A stretch of DNA of 64,000 bases from a virus: the IMG/VR virus record IMGVR_UViG_3300012936_000001, positions 64,001 through 128,000 of that record. One strand, given 5' to 3'. The notes beneath the pieces are model-generated. The model had not been told where the DNA came from. It did no database searches and saw only the letters and a program-made list of their open reading frames with translations. Position 1 is the stretch's first letter. Each line of letters opens with the position of its first letter. Positions 18,864 to 30,400 of the stretch are shown here, one piece after another. The translations under genes were made by a program, and so were the position numbers.

Positions 18864-18909
18864 AGCCTTCCAGTTCAAAAAGATTACAGGAAACGATTGG
18901 CCGTTATAA
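18667..18909 (+). CDS. Hypothetical protein with KKLLKE leader
   Basis: GGAG RBS at 18656-18659; amphipathic, protein-like sequence ending TGNDWPL. Confidence 0.65.
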   Translation: MKKKLLKEAVMFITGRRPQIQIKGESKKAKALLRVMVASKNLYEALESKNPKLKEIEKLVEIKKVRAFQFKKITGNDWPL

Positions 18910-18934
18910 TTTAAACTCAAAATTCAAGTCAAAC

Positions 18935-18942
18935 ATATTTAT
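18935..18942 (+). promoter_or_regulatory. Putative late promoter (ATATTTAT)
   Basis: 38 nt upstream of the tape measure start. Confidence 0.55.
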
Positions 18943-18972
18943 CAATGCATGGCTTGAGTTTCGGAGATAAAT

Positions 18973-21900
18973 GTGGCTAATGACGATAGAAAAGAATTAG
19001 AAGAGACCGGCAAAGCCGCCGAAGAAGCCACGGCTTCATTGGGACGAATGGCTGCTCAAATGAACGAGTTTTTCAAGGTTTTGGCAGGTGTTTCTGAAAA
19101 AGCAGCTGAGGAAACAAAGTCTGTTTCCGAACAAATGGAAGAAGCCGCAAAAAAAGCAGGTCTCGCCGCCGGCGCAACCGACGATTATGAAAAGGTTCTA
19201 CAGGAATTAAACAAAACATCTAATAGGTCCAGGAAGGAATTGACCGGTTTTCAAAAAGGCCTTTCCGATGCATATGATAAGGCGCTAAAATTTAATCTTG
19301 GATTATCTCTTATCAACGGAACTCTTGCATCGGTCAAGTCTACATTTGGACTTATGCAATCGATGCTGTCCGGAGCAATGTCAGCAATAAAAGGATTTAT
19401 TGGATTGGTTGATGGGCTATGGACTGGTCTCCTGGACGCAGCGGTTGATTACATGAACGGATCATCAGCCCTAAGACAAGCAATAGAGAACGTTAGAAAA
19501 GAATTCGGTGACTTGGCAACAAACGAAGGTGCTCAAGTCATGACGATGTATAAAGAGCTCAACAAAACATCTTCAACCCTTCGTACCACCGGTAGATCTC
19601 TGTGGAATACTTTTGGCGATTTTGCAGAAAGATTGCAATTCGTTACCGAAATAGCAACAGCAGCCGGCGGAGCAATGACCCGTTTCGGCGATTCGCTAGT
19701 AAAAAATCTGCCGCAAGTTGCGCTACTAAATAAATCTTTAAACGTATCAAACGAAGCGTTGATACAAATGATTAAAAACTCCGAACGTGCAGGCCAGGAT
19801 CCAAAAGAGGCATTCGATGAATTGGCAGTCTCTGTAGCGCACCTTTCAAAACAATTTGGCGTGTCTGCCAAAATGATAGGAAAGAATTTTGACGAGTTAA
19901 TAAAAGACACGGATACATTTGGTCATATGGGTCCAAAAGCCCTAGCATCCGTGGCAACTTACGCAGCAAAATTAAATGTTGAAATATCTACATTAAAAGG
20001 CCTGATGACCACATTCGATACATTCGAAGGAGCCGCGACAGCCGCAGGAAAACTAAATGAAGTTCTAGGAATACAAGTCGACACAATGAAGATGATAAAT
20101 GCTGACAATCCAGCCGAAAGACTGGATATGATGCGCAAGGCTTTTGAAGATACTGGTAAATCCGTTAACGATCTATCTAGACATGAACTCAAAGCACTGT
20201 CAGGTGCGTTGGATGGCATGCCAATTGAAGATCTTAAAAATTCTTTATCAATGTCAACAGATGATGTAAACTTTGCAGAGATTGCGGATGAGGCAGCCGA
20301 GGCTCAGAAAAAGATGTCTCCTGTGGAGGCAATGAACGAGCTATCAAAAAATATTGAGAAGCTTATAAAAAGTGGCGAGTTAGTAAAGGGTGGATTCTTT
20401 GCAAACTTTGTAGAAGGTATCAGTCTAGGAATCGAAAGATCGAAAGGATTTCGAACCCTAATGAGATATATTGGCCGACAATTAAAAGCTGTTCTCAATG
20501 CCGGTAAAGCAGTTGGAAAGATATTAGGTCCAATCTTTTCAGAAAAAGGACCACTTGGCAAATTAATAAAGCAATACAAACAGCTTATTGACTTTTCAAC
20601 AAAAGGTTCTATCGGGGCAAACTTTCTTATTGATATAAAAAATGCATTTAAGGGACTAATGAAAGACCTAGAGACAGACCCAAAAAAGGCGTTAACAAAA
20701 TTCTTTGATAATCTCAAAAAAGCTTGGAAAACTTATACTTCAGCAAAGTCCCCAATGGTAACAAATATCGGAGAAGGATTCAAAAACTTATTTATCGGCG
20801 CCCTAGAATATATACGGGACGAAGTTCCAAAAATGATAAAGGATCTTGGCGAAACCGTCTCTGCGGTCACCGAAGGAATTGGTAATGCCTTTGCAGAAGA
20901 TGGCGCGGTTAAGAAAATACAAGATCCATTTTTGTTAGCGCTCAGTGAGGCATTCACGGCTGTGTTCAAAGCAGTTTGGCATCACTTAGTTGGACCGGTT
21001 ATAGATCTTGCAGTCACACTTGGCGGTATACTTTTTGATTACATGTATCCAATATTAGAAAAAGTTTTTCTTGCGCTCATGATCAAGGCAATCGTAACCG
21101 CAATGCTGCAGGCAGTTGTTGCTTCGGCGGTTAAAAGGGTAATAGGTGCGGCAATGATGAAACTTGGCATGCAGGTCGCCGTACAGAACACTGTTGTTAA
21201 CCAAACAATAATACAAGGAGCTGCACAGACTGGAGGTGTGGCAACAGCGATAAACACCACCGCAAAAAGTATTACTATGGCAACGCTAGGCAATGCTCTT
21301 AAGATTGCTGGGTTCATGACAGTGATGGCATTTACTTTCATCGCCGCGGCATTTGGGCTTTATAAAGCAGCCGAAGCTGCCGGCATAACAAGCGACTTCA
21401 CCGGTTATCTAAAAACTTTTGCTGCGATCGGCCTGATAGCAGGGGCAACTGCCGCATTGATCTTTACGGTAACTGCCGCTGGAGAAGCACTCAGCAAAAT
21501 GTCACCGATGGCAATATTAAAGGGCGTCGTCGCTGTTGGACTCGCACTTCTCGCGATAGGAGGTCTTACGCTGCCTCTAATGTTTATAAACTATATGGTC
21601 GAAGGACTTGACTTATCGAGAGTTCTTGCTGCAGTTGGAATTATGGGTGTGCTTGTGCTTGAAGCTGCAGTCCTTATTGGGCTTGCCATAGCCGCAGGGG
21701 CCGCCGTCTCGGGCCCTCAAGCTATCCTGTTGGGAACAGGTCTCGCCGCTGTTGCGGCTGTGTTAACAGTTTTGGCTATTGCTGTAGGACCGGTCATGGC
21801 GCTAATAGCTTTAATGATCGGTAACATGAAACTCGAACCAGTAAGTAAAGCGGTAAACATAATGGGTAAATTAGTCCTTATGGCTGCAGGTTTGACCCTA

Positions 21901-23352
21901 ACAGCTATCGCAGTTGGATTTGCAATCGGCGCAAGCTTTGGTGTTGGTGGAGTAGCTATTGGTGTTGGATTCGCTGCGATCGCATCAATACTTTACACAG
22001 TAGTTGACGTGCTAGCCGGTCCCGATGGTATATTAGCATCGGTCAACAAGATAAAAATCACCAACTTCGACAACCTAGCTAAGAAAATAGCCTTCCTAGA
22101 AAAGCTTATGAATCTTATAACCGGAGTTGGAAAGGTTGCTATTGATGCTGCAAAGATCGCTGGTAACGTTTCAACGGGATTCTTTACTTCGTCAACAACA
22201 GCGACAAAACAATTCAAACAAGTGATGGCATCCATAAAAAGCATAATAGTAGCAATGAAAGATTCGTTAGTCGATGTCATTACGAACGTCAAGACGTTAA
22301 TGGTTCGCATCGGAACGGTAGATGCCAAGAAACTAAAAGCAGCTTCTGTAATTGCGCAAGTTGTGGGCTCGCTAGCCCAATTAATGGGCTCGATGACCGA
22401 TCCAATGAAGGAAGTGGCACGACTGGCGAAGAATAGAGATGGCGAGGTTGATTCGGGTGCGCTCACGAGCATGTTAAACAGCATGTCATCCGTTATGGAT
22501 ATATTTATTGGTAGCGATGCAAACAAGGGAGCATTAGAAAGAATCATCGATAACGTTATTAAGATGTCCGAAATGTTCAAGGGTAAACCTATCAAGGGAA
22601 TTAAAGGAAGACTAAGACTAGTTGGTATAGCGTTTAAAGCTTTTTCAGATGTTTCGACTGGGCTTGCAGCTGTAATGACCGCAATGAAGAAAAGACGATC
22701 GACCATGATAACCGAGGCAGATGAAAGTCGTAGGGCTCGTTATGGAGATCAAAAAACAACCCAAACCCGGGCAGACGTAATTGACCCTGATGATTTGGAA
22801 AAGACTATTAACAAATTAACGGCAGTGTTCAGCGGCGGGTCGCTGTCAAAATTTGTAAATGCATTGAACTCAGAAGCAAAACTGACAAAAGCAGTTGATC
22901 AAAAAGCACTTGATAAACTCGAGGCTGCTATGGGGTCCGCAGATAGCGTCATAAGTATAATGGACAAAGTATTTAAGCCTGAAACATTAAGAGCCGTAAC
23001 GGCAACGATGAATCGAATAAGAAAACTCAACGATTTGATAAGAACAACGCCAAAAGGCGAAACAACTGTCAAGATGCTCTTGCAAGAGGGAGAGCAAATA
23101 ATGAAGCAAGTGGCTAAATTTTCAAAATCTGTAGATGTGAAAATGTTGAATAAAGCCGAAGCCTTGGTTGGTATTGCCGAAAAAGATGGTAAAATACAAA
23201 TAGTAACTGATAAAATAAGCGTTAATTTCCATTTAAATATCAAGATGGAAACAAAGGAAATAGCGTATGCTCTTCACAAAGGAAAAGATGGGCCTTACTT
23301 TGAACTCAATCACAAATACCAACAGGATCCGTTTTTCAAGAACAATAACTAG
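18973..23352 (+). CDS. Tail tape measure protein
   Basis: 1459 aa, Ala/Gly-rich and helical with a long hydrophobic central region. Follows the chaperone genes. Confidence 0.85.
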   Translation: MANDDRKELEETGKAAEEATASLGRMAAQMNEFFKVLAGVSEKAAEETKSVSEQMEEAAKKAGLAAGATDDYEKVLQELNKTSNRSRKELTGFQKGLSDAYDKALKFNLGLSLINGTLASVKSTFGLMQSMLSGAMSAIKGFIGLVDGLWTGLLDAAVDYMNGSSALRQAIENVRKEFGDLATNEGAQVMTMYKELNKTSSTLRTTGRSLWNTFGDFAERLQFVTEIATAAGGAMTRFGDSLVKNLPQVALLNKSLNVSNEALIQMIKNSERAGQDPKEAFDELAVSVAHLSKQFGVSAKMIGKNFDELIKDTDTFGHMGPKALASVATYAAKLNVEISTLKGLMTTFDTFEGAATAAGKLNEVLGIQVDTMKMINADNPAERLDMMRKAFEDTGKSVNDLSRHELKALSGALDGMPIEDLKNSLSMSTDDVNFAEIADEAAEAQKKMSPVEAMNELSKNIEKLIKSGELVKGGFFANFVEGISLGIERSKGFRTLMRYIGRQLKAVLNAGKAVGKILGPIFSEKGPLGKLIKQYKQLIDFSTKGSIGANFLIDIKNAFKGLMKDLETDPKKALTKFFDNLKKAWKTYTSAKSPMVTNIGEGFKNLFIGALEYIRDEVPKMIKDLGETVSAVTEGIGNAFAEDGAVKKIQDPFLLALSEAFTAVFKAVWHHLVGPVIDLAVTLGGILFDYMYPILEKVFLALMIKAIVTAMLQAVVASAVKRVIGAAMMKLGMQVAVQNTVVNQTIIQGAAQTGGVATAINTTAKSITMATLGNALKIAGFMTVMAFTFIAAAFGLYKAAEAAGITSDFTGYLKTFAAIGLIAGATAALIFTVTAAGEALSKMSPMAILKGVVAVGLALLAIGGLTLPLMFINYMVEGLDLSRVLAAVGIMGVLVLEAAVLIGLAIAAGAAVSGPQAILLGTGLAAVAAVLTVLAIAVGPVMALIALMIGNMKLEPVSKAVNIMGKLVLMAAGLTLTAIAVGFAIGASFGVGGVAIGVGFAAIASILYTVVDVLAGPDGILASVNKIKITNFDNLAKKIAFLEKLMNLITGVGKVAIDAAKIAGNVSTGFFTSSTTATKQFKQVMASIKSIIVAMKDSLVDVITNVKTLMVRIGTVDAKKLKAASVIAQVVGSLAQLMGSMTDPMKEVARLAKNRDGEVDSGALTSMLNSMSSVMDIFIGSDANKGALERIIDNVIKMSEMFKGKPIKGIKGRLRLVGIAFKAFSDVSTGLAAVMTAMKKRRSTMITEADESRRARYGDQKTTQTRADVIDPDDLEKTINKLTAVFSGGSLSKFVNALNSEAKLTKAVDQKALDKLEAAMGSADSVISIMDKVFKPETLRAVTATMNRIRKLNDLIRTTPKGETTVKMLLQEGEQIMKQVAKFSKSVDVKMLNKAEALVGIAEKDGKIQIVTDKISVNFHLNIKMETKEIAYALHKGKDGPYFELNHKYQQDPFFKNNN

Positions 23353-23361
23353 GATGCCAAA

Positions 23362-23577
23362 ATGAAAGAAAAAAAATTTATGATTAAAGAAGTACTTGAA
23401 TCCGAACAGTATAAAGAGTTTCTAGAAAATGTTCCTCAAGAACAGCGAAAGACCGTTATTGAATATACCTTGGGGTTATGTCAAAAGCGGCAAAAAATGC
23501 TTGACATGGTCCAAAATTTATCAGACGAAGAAAAGGTAAAACTAATGAAGGAGTTGACCGGTGTCAGAGATAGATGA
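23362..23577 (+). CDS. Small hypothetical protein
   Basis: AGGA RBS; 71-aa helical ORF. Confidence 0.6.
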   Translation: MKEKKFMIKEVLESEQYKEFLENVPQEQRKTVIEYTLGLCQKRQKMLDMVQNLSDEEKVKLMKELTGVRDR

Positions 23578-26500
23578 GAAAAAAATAGTAAGTCCGAGGT
23601 CGGAAGACGGTGGGCCAGTCCAGACCTATCGCGACGATTTATATCAGGAAAGAAAAAAAACGCTTGGAGATTATTTAAAGTCGCAAACTTCTGGTGAGCA
23701 ATACAACTTACCTAATAGCGATGAGCAAATTCTTAGAAAAGAACACAAGAATGCTTTTAGTATTGGCGAAGGCGGTTCTGAATTTTCTGTAATGGATGAT
23801 GAAGGTAGACCGGCCGGAATACAAAATTCACCAGAGTCTCAACCTTCTTTCTCCAATCAGGAAGACTTGGAACAATCTTTTACTGAGGCATATAAATTTT
23901 TTGATAATCTGTCCAAAGGACGATTAGATGATTCTCTTGGAGGAGGCTCTTTTTCGAATGAAGATTTATCGACCTTAGAAATAGACAAGAACAATCAGGA
24001 ATCCGGACACTTTCTTCTTAATAATCCCAACAGGATTGCAGACAAAGTAGTATCTTCTGTTCTTAGAAGAAACCGGTGGACTCCATATCAAAATCCGGAC
24101 AACCCAGAAAGTGACAGAAGATACGAAAACATGAATCAGTCAGAGTATAATGTCGACCTAAGAAATCCGCGTCCGGAAATAGAAGAGTTTGAAGCAGATA
24201 CTCAGAAGCTTCGAAACATAGGACGATCCCTACTCCTGGCAGCATCTTCGGAAGACTCGGTTGCTTCTCCAGTAGACGTCCGAGAACAAGAATTTGACGT
24301 CGGAAGTTTTGACCTCTTATCTTTTTTGCAAAACTCAATTCCAGGTGACGTTGCCGGAGAGCCAAGCCCAAATTCGCTAAGTATTGACTTCGCAAACACA
24401 AAGATTCCCGTAGATAGATTCAGGCCAATAAACCATGACATTACTCTAGACAATCAATCTAACGACGGTCGAGAAAAAAATTATACCGCTTCATCTTATG
24501 GGGTATTGAACAACCATATTAGGCAATTTGAGGATCAGTCAGGAAGATCTGATATGGTTGTTCTTTCTTTTTTATCCTTGGTAGCGATGATAGTTAGTTC
24601 AATATTCACTCTTTTGATAGTCGAACTAATTTCCTCCGCCGCGACTGCGCTCACAGGACTTGCCTACAACAACTCTACAGGCAGAGGTTTAGGATCAAGA
24701 GTGCTTCCATCTGGAAATTCTATACAAAAACATTCTAGATCAATCGGAGGCTGGGAAGGACTCGGGGATGAGGCACTAAAAATAATTTTGAATTTGCCGC
24801 AGGCTTTTGTTGAGTATCTTGGCATTTATCAGCCAATGCATATCTCAGGCAAAAATGGATATGGTTCTTACTCTGCTGCTGTTGGAATGGGAATTATTTC
24901 CCTTGTTTACGCAATGGTCAAGGATTTCGGTTTCTCTTCAGGATTTTTTGCCAGTACGTTCAGAACTGTCATGCGAAGTGAGTTTACCGGTGACGAATTA
25001 TTAGATAATCCTACAGGTCTTGCAACGAATGGGTTCGACAGTCTAGTAGGATACTTTCGTAATCTAAGAGAATCAAGGGGACTCAAGGCTCTGAATTACC
25101 TTGCAAAGTTAGGAGACATATTTTATGTTTCTTACGATAGAGATTCTGCCTATGCGGTTAAGAATGTATCGCGACTAGGGTATGACGTAGTAAAAGGCCA
25201 GAAGGAGCACAATGAATTCTCCAAAATCGGAAGAACATTTAGATCACATCCTTCTAAGGTTGGCGGAAAATTGAACTGGAGAGTTGATTCTGCAGCTTCT
25301 TTCATCTTCGATTCCGAATATGAAGATAGAGCCTATCAATATGTCAGATCCGACCTAATTGGCGTGAGCATCGTTCAAGCCAGAGAAGAGGAATTAATGC
25401 AATCAAATTCTGAAATCGATGAAGATATTATCGGAAGAGCGGTAGATAAACCAACACGATTATCGGCCAAGATGGTTCGAATGATCGAAGAACAGTTAGA
25501 ATCAGAATATATGCCGTTCTATTTTCAAGATCTACGAACAAATGAAATTATAGCCTTTCATGCCTTTTTATCAAGTCTTACAGACGGATTTCAACCAAGC
25601 TACAATTCTACAAAGGGATTTGGTCGAATGGATCCTGTGATGACCTATGGAGACACTACTAGATCTATATCTTTTGCGTTCACTGTTTATGCAACCAGCA
25701 AAGAGGACTTCGATGTGATGTGGAAAAAAGTGAACAAGATGGTTACTCTAGTGTATCCGCAGTGGTCAGGAGGAACAAAAGTAAGATCTGCTGACGAACA
25801 ACATCTGTATACTATACCATATTCCCAAATTCCAACTGCTTCCCCGTTAATAAGAGTTCGAATTGGAGACCTAATTAAGTCAAATTATTCTCGCAAAGAC
25901 ATGACAAGATTATTTGGGACTTCTAATAATGATTTTACAGCCCATGGGGTGGCCTTTGGCTCACTATACCATTCCATTTGGCAACGGAAGCGAAGAAAAG
26001 AAGCCATGAAACAATTTAAAAAGTGGTCTGCTTCTCTCGTTGAACCGAATGGAAAACTATTCAAGGTCAGCAGCGTACCAAATCAGCCCCATACCACCCC
26101 TATAAAATTTCGTGTTGCTACAGGAGCAGATTTCTGGATAATAAACATGGACCCTGACGATAGAGCCAAGATTACCGAAGAAAGAAATAGTCTAAAAACG
26201 AAATCAAAAGTTATTAAGAAAACACCGCTTCAAAAGATAATTTACAAGGTTGGGTTTGCACCAACTTACCGAGAAGACGGAACCATAATTGGGCATAATT
26301 GGCAACTAGTAGACATGGACAAGAAAGTCGGAGAAGTACAGCAGACCGAAACGAGGAAGGGCTCCGATGGCCAATACAAAGAGGTACCGGTGGGAGAGCC
26401 AACAGATGTAAAACTAAACGATATGGACAACGGGCTCCAAGAGTCAAAATCTTTGCAGGGCTTCGTCTTCGATCTCGAGGTTGATTATCCGAAGTTCTGG

Positions 26501-27130
26501 AGCGCCATCGGGTGGCCTGATGAAAAGGCTTGGATTGCAGATCACTTTTTCTGTGAGCCAGTCGATGGTACTAAGGCAGAGCTATTGAAAGGATTTGATA
26601 ACTTAATTGAGGCACAAGCTTCAGCCCTCACAGCCGTAACAGCCAAGACTGGTATGGCCGCAGAAATAGCTGCTCAAATTGAAATGGCCCAAAACTGGAA
26701 AAAATTAATTAATAATGACAAGATTTTATTGGTGGTTACAAAAGAACTCGCGTTGGGTCAGGCTATTTGGGTTCAAGACGGATTCATAAGCCAAGAGTGG
26801 ATCAATCAAAACCCAGAACCAACAGACATTCCTTCAGTGGTTGAAAAAGTAGAAGCGTCACAAAAGTTTTTTGACCCAGAAAAAAACCCAATCATGAAAG
26901 CTTTCGAATCAACAGCGGGAACAGGACTGCCTGGAGTAATTACGCAATTAGGATTAGACTGGAAACTAAACGAATACCCATGGGAAATAGATCCCGGTAG
27001 TAAAGCCCCGATGGGCTGCGAAATCACTATTAACTTTCAACCAATGCACGAAATCGCTCCTGGGCTTGATAAGAACGGCATCAACAGAGCCCCTGTTTTC
27101 CGCGTTGGCTCAAGTGCAGATAAGGAATAA
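23561..27130 (+). CDS. Baseplate/tail-tube initiator-like protein with large extensions
   Basis: FHAFLSSLTDGF...GRMDPVMTYGDTTRSISFAF...PLIRVRIGDL and LPGVITQL..DW...P..CEITINF resemble a tube-initiator fold. GTG start after AGGAG. Confidence 0.6.
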   Translation: MSEIDEKKIVSPRSEDGGPVQTYRDDLYQERKKTLGDYLKSQTSGEQYNLPNSDEQILRKEHKNAFSIGEGGSEFSVMDDEGRPAGIQNSPESQPSFSNQEDLEQSFTEAYKFFDNLSKGRLDDSLGGGSFSNEDLSTLEIDKNNQESGHFLLNNPNRIADKVVSSVLRRNRWTPYQNPDNPESDRRYENMNQSEYNVDLRNPRPEIEEFEADTQKLRNIGRSLLLAASSEDSVASPVDVREQEFDVGSFDLLSFLQNSIPGDVAGEPSPNSLSIDFANTKIPVDRFRPINHDITLDNQSNDGREKNYTASSYGVLNNHIRQFEDQSGRSDMVVLSFLSLVAMIVSSIFTLLIVELISSAATALTGLAYNNSTGRGLGSRVLPSGNSIQKHSRSIGGWEGLGDEALKIILNLPQAFVEYLGIYQPMHISGKNGYGSYSAAVGMGIISLVYAMVKDFGFSSGFFASTFRTVMRSEFTGDELLDNPTGLATNGFDSLVGYFRNLRESRGLKALNYLAKLGDIFYVSYDRDSAYAVKNVSRLGYDVVKGQKEHNEFSKIGRTFRSHPSKVGGKLNWRVDSAASFIFDSEYEDRAYQYVRSDLIGVSIVQAREEELMQSNSEIDEDIIGRAVDKPTRLSAKMVRMIEEQLESEYMPFYFQDLRTNEIIAFHAFLSSLTDGFQPSYNSTKGFGRMDPVMTYGDTTRSISFAFTVYATSKEDFDVMWKKVNKMVTLVYPQWSGGTKVRSADEQHLYTIPYSQIPTASPLIRVRIGDLIKSNYSRKDMTRLFGTSNNDFTAHGVAFGSLYHSIWQRKRRKEAMKQFKKWSASLVEPNGKLFKVSSVPNQPHTTPIKFRVATGADFWIINMDPDDRAKITEERNSLKTKSKVIKKTPLQKIIYKVGFAPTYREDGTIIGHNWQLVDMDKKVGEVQQTETRKGSDGQYKEVPVGEPTDVKLNDMDNGLQESKSLQGFVFDLEVDYPKFWSAIGWPDEKAWIADHFFCEPVDGTKAELLKGFDNLIEAQASALTAVTAKTGMAAEIAAQIEMAQNWKKLINNDKILLVVTKELALGQAIWVQDGFISQEWINQNPEPTDIPSVVEKVEASQKFFDPEKNPIMKAFESTAGTGLPGVITQLGLDWKLNEYPWEIDPGSKAPMGCEITINFQPMHEIAPGLDKNGINRAPVFRVGSSADKE

Positions 27131-27135
27131 TCACC

Positions 27136-27429
27136 ATGAGAAGATATGCAAGATCATCAGTTTATGCTGCCGGCAGGGCACTTGGTACCTCCTTTGCAGT
27201 TCCAATTATTAGAGACGAAGTAAAAAGAGGTACTATACCGGTCGATGAATACATAACCAAAGAAGGTGATCGTCTAGATCACATTGCTGCAAGAAAGCTT
27301 GGTTCTGGAAAATATTGGTGGATTCTCGCAGCAACTTCAAATATCGGCTGGAGTATGCAGGTGCCTGTCGGTACACGTCTCTTAATTCCGGAAAATATGG
27401 ATCGAATTAAGTTAATAGTAGGTGGATGA
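27136..27429 (+). CDS. LysM-type baseplate wedge protein (gp53/tail X-like)
   Basis: YITKEGDRLDHIAARKLG...WWILA..SNI...G..L.IP. Confidence 0.8.
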   Translation: MRRYARSSVYAAGRALGTSFAVPIIRDEVKRGTIPVDEYITKEGDRLDHIAARKLGSGKYWWILAATSNIGWSMQVPVGTRLLIPENMDRIKLIVGG

Positions 27430-30400
27430 TGAGCAGGGAAACAAATCTCGAGTTAGCAATTGCCGATCTTGGCAGATTATTAGGTGTTCGAACTCAACAC
27501 GATCTTATGAGAGTGCTTTTTAGGAAAGCTACAGATAAAAATTTTTCCGATGAACAGATTGCCTTAGAACAATTTGATTCAAAGTCAGAAGATACTGAAC
27601 TCACAAAAATTATATCTGCGTTAATAAATATAACTGACGGAGGCATGTTAATAAGTGATTTTCAAGAGGTGTGGTCGTCTTTTCTTAGTAAAGCAGAACC
27701 GGAAGATGCAGAAAAATACGTCGACTCACAAATGATCCCTTTTACAATTCTTTCAAATGGAAAAAACATCCAGAATGTTAGCGAAATTAGCCCAAAAGAA
27801 ATGTCCATATTTTCTAATTTGGAAGCATCGTCCACGCCCGAAAAGTGGAATCCATCATTTGGCTCTGTGCAGTTTCACAATGTTGCTCTTAATTTTTCAA
27901 ATAGGTATTCCTCCGCGGCTACTGTTTTTCTCAGCGCTATTCCAACGGTTGAATTATCTAGATGTGTTCCTTATCTAGACGTTAAGTTAATAACAAACAC
28001 GAAAACAGTAGATGCAAGGGCCCAACAGCCCCCAGATGCTAATGCAATATCGTTATTTAGGTTTCTATACGGAAAAGAACCATTCAGGAACGAAGACTCT
28101 AGCAGTTTGATTAACATAAAATTAATAAACGAAAGACTAGAAACAGACAAATACGGACCGGACGGCGATCTCGTTGGCGGCGAAGATTCTGTTAAGACAA
28201 CTGTTGAAAGTACGGCTGCCGGAATGGAAATTTTCACATCGCCTCAAACTTTAGTGAACGGAGATGAAGCTTTTTATGACTTAGAACCAATTGATAGCAC
28301 CAATGCTGATGTTCATCTTAATAGAAAAACTCCTATTATAGATAAATTTAGGCCATTTATGACACTTAACAATTTTAGTTTAACCGTACAACCTACATTT
28401 GGCACATTGTCAACCAAGCAAGGGTCTATGAACATTACACTTCATGATCGATCTAGATTGGCAGAAATTTCTCAACTGACTTCACCTGGCGAATTTCAAA
28501 ACGTTGAGTTTCTTATAGAGTATGGCTGGTCACACCCGGATTCGGATTCTCCGTATGGAAAAATACTTAATGCTTTTCGAACTAGACAAAAATTTATTTC
28601 TATTGGATCTTCTTATTCTTTTAATCCTCAAGGAGAGGTTGCTATTGATATCAAATTGCTGACAAAGGGCTCTAATCAATTCAATTATGCATTAGTTACA
28701 GATGCAAAGATTCAGCCGTTGCTGGAGAAAATGAAAAATATTATTCAGATTATGAACAAGTTAGAAAAAGGAGTAAAATCAGAATACGAATCAGAACTGA
28801 AAGATATTATGAACGGAGGGGAAATCCTGGGCAAACTAAATAGTATCGAAGGAATGGTTTCACTGTCCGCAAAACAAATAAGTAGTTTGGAAAAATCTAT
28901 TCTAAAACTAGACAAGGAAATTAATAATGCAAACCTAGATTCTCTGATAAAAGACCTCAAAGATTCAGTAGGGCTTGGGGATAAATCTGAACCATCAACC
29001 ATTAAGAGGTATAAATCAGAACTTGAGAGGTCTATATCGGAATTGATGAAAGATATTGAGAATCAACCTGATCCGTATTTAAAAGCCATTGATCCAAGTC
29101 TTGGTATCGTGAACACCAAAACTGTTAATAAGGTTGTTGGCTATGAGGAAGTTGAAAATCCAGAGTGGACAAAATCTCAAAAAGTCCCGGGCATGGAAGG
29201 AAAAAAACGTGTAGGTCCCAGGAAAATAGTGGACATACCCAAATATATAAAAAAAGCAAAAAGAGAAAAACAGACGATAGTCTTGTCGTCAAAATACGTT
29301 TCCCTTGGAAAATTGCTTTATCTCTTTGTTGCTTCACCACTAGCTTCGAAGCACCTTTATGACGAAATACAATTTTTATTTTATCCACTAAACGCTTATG
29401 CATCGTTTGCAAGAAATGCAGATGTTGCCTCATTTCCTATATTGAAATCAAAATTTCAGGAACTTTTTCGAAAAAGGCTGGAAAGGAACCCAACTATAAC
29501 CTTGGGTCAATTTGTCGGCTTTATTAACAAATACTTTTTTTCTAATTTAGCTTCAGAAGTATTCGGCTTTGGAAATATTTATGAAAGAGATCAAAAAACG
29601 GCCGCTGCCAAACTACGCGCAAAATTTAAATCGAAAAAAGCAAAAAGAAAGGCGATTGATACTAAAACAGATATTTTGACAAAAGCCTACGGAGGCACAG
29701 GGCAAAAACCAAAATTCAAGAAGCCGGCTCTTTCTCTTCATATGGAATGTGTTCCTGCTTCTGGAGATTCAGAACGAACAATCATGAGGATTCATTTCTT
29801 TGACAAAAGTACATCGTCCTTTGAATCTTATGCGGATCTTTGGAACTCGACAAAATCGAGTTACCTATCGGGAGTTCAGACTACAATCTCTAATTCAGTA
29901 AAAAACCTTAAAAATATAGTGGAATCGGAAGATAAAAAAAATGCCGGTAACGCATCAATGGCTATTTCTGGCCATGAGCAGTTGATGCAAAGCCAACTAT
30001 CTAAGTTAGACGCCCTAGGACTGTTTGTTCCTATCGACGACCAAGGTAAAGTCGCACAATCAGATAGTGACCTAATAGGTTCAACAACACTCACGACTTC
30101 AAAAGTTAAATACTATCGTCTTAGAGGAGGCCCACTGGGATTGAGGCATTATTTTGCAAGAAACATGCCTACTATAAAATACGGAACAGAGTATTCAGCA
30201 ATACTTAATGCAAGTGTATCGACCCAGTCCGATCCCGCGATGCAGATGGTTCATATGGAAAGGCAGGGAAGAAAAGAAAACCTCCCGGGTTCCGAAGTTA
30301 ATGACGGATTGCCTCTCGTTACTTTTCCTATAAGCCTTTCTTTGGAGATGTTTGGTTGTCCTCTGATAAACTTTGGCCAACAGTATTTTGTTGATTTCCA

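Noticed and set aside
21993-22706. 237-aa minus-strand ORF and the other minus-strand ORFs in the track
   Set aside because: Nearly all lie opposite clear + strand genes and lack recognisable motifs or RBSs.
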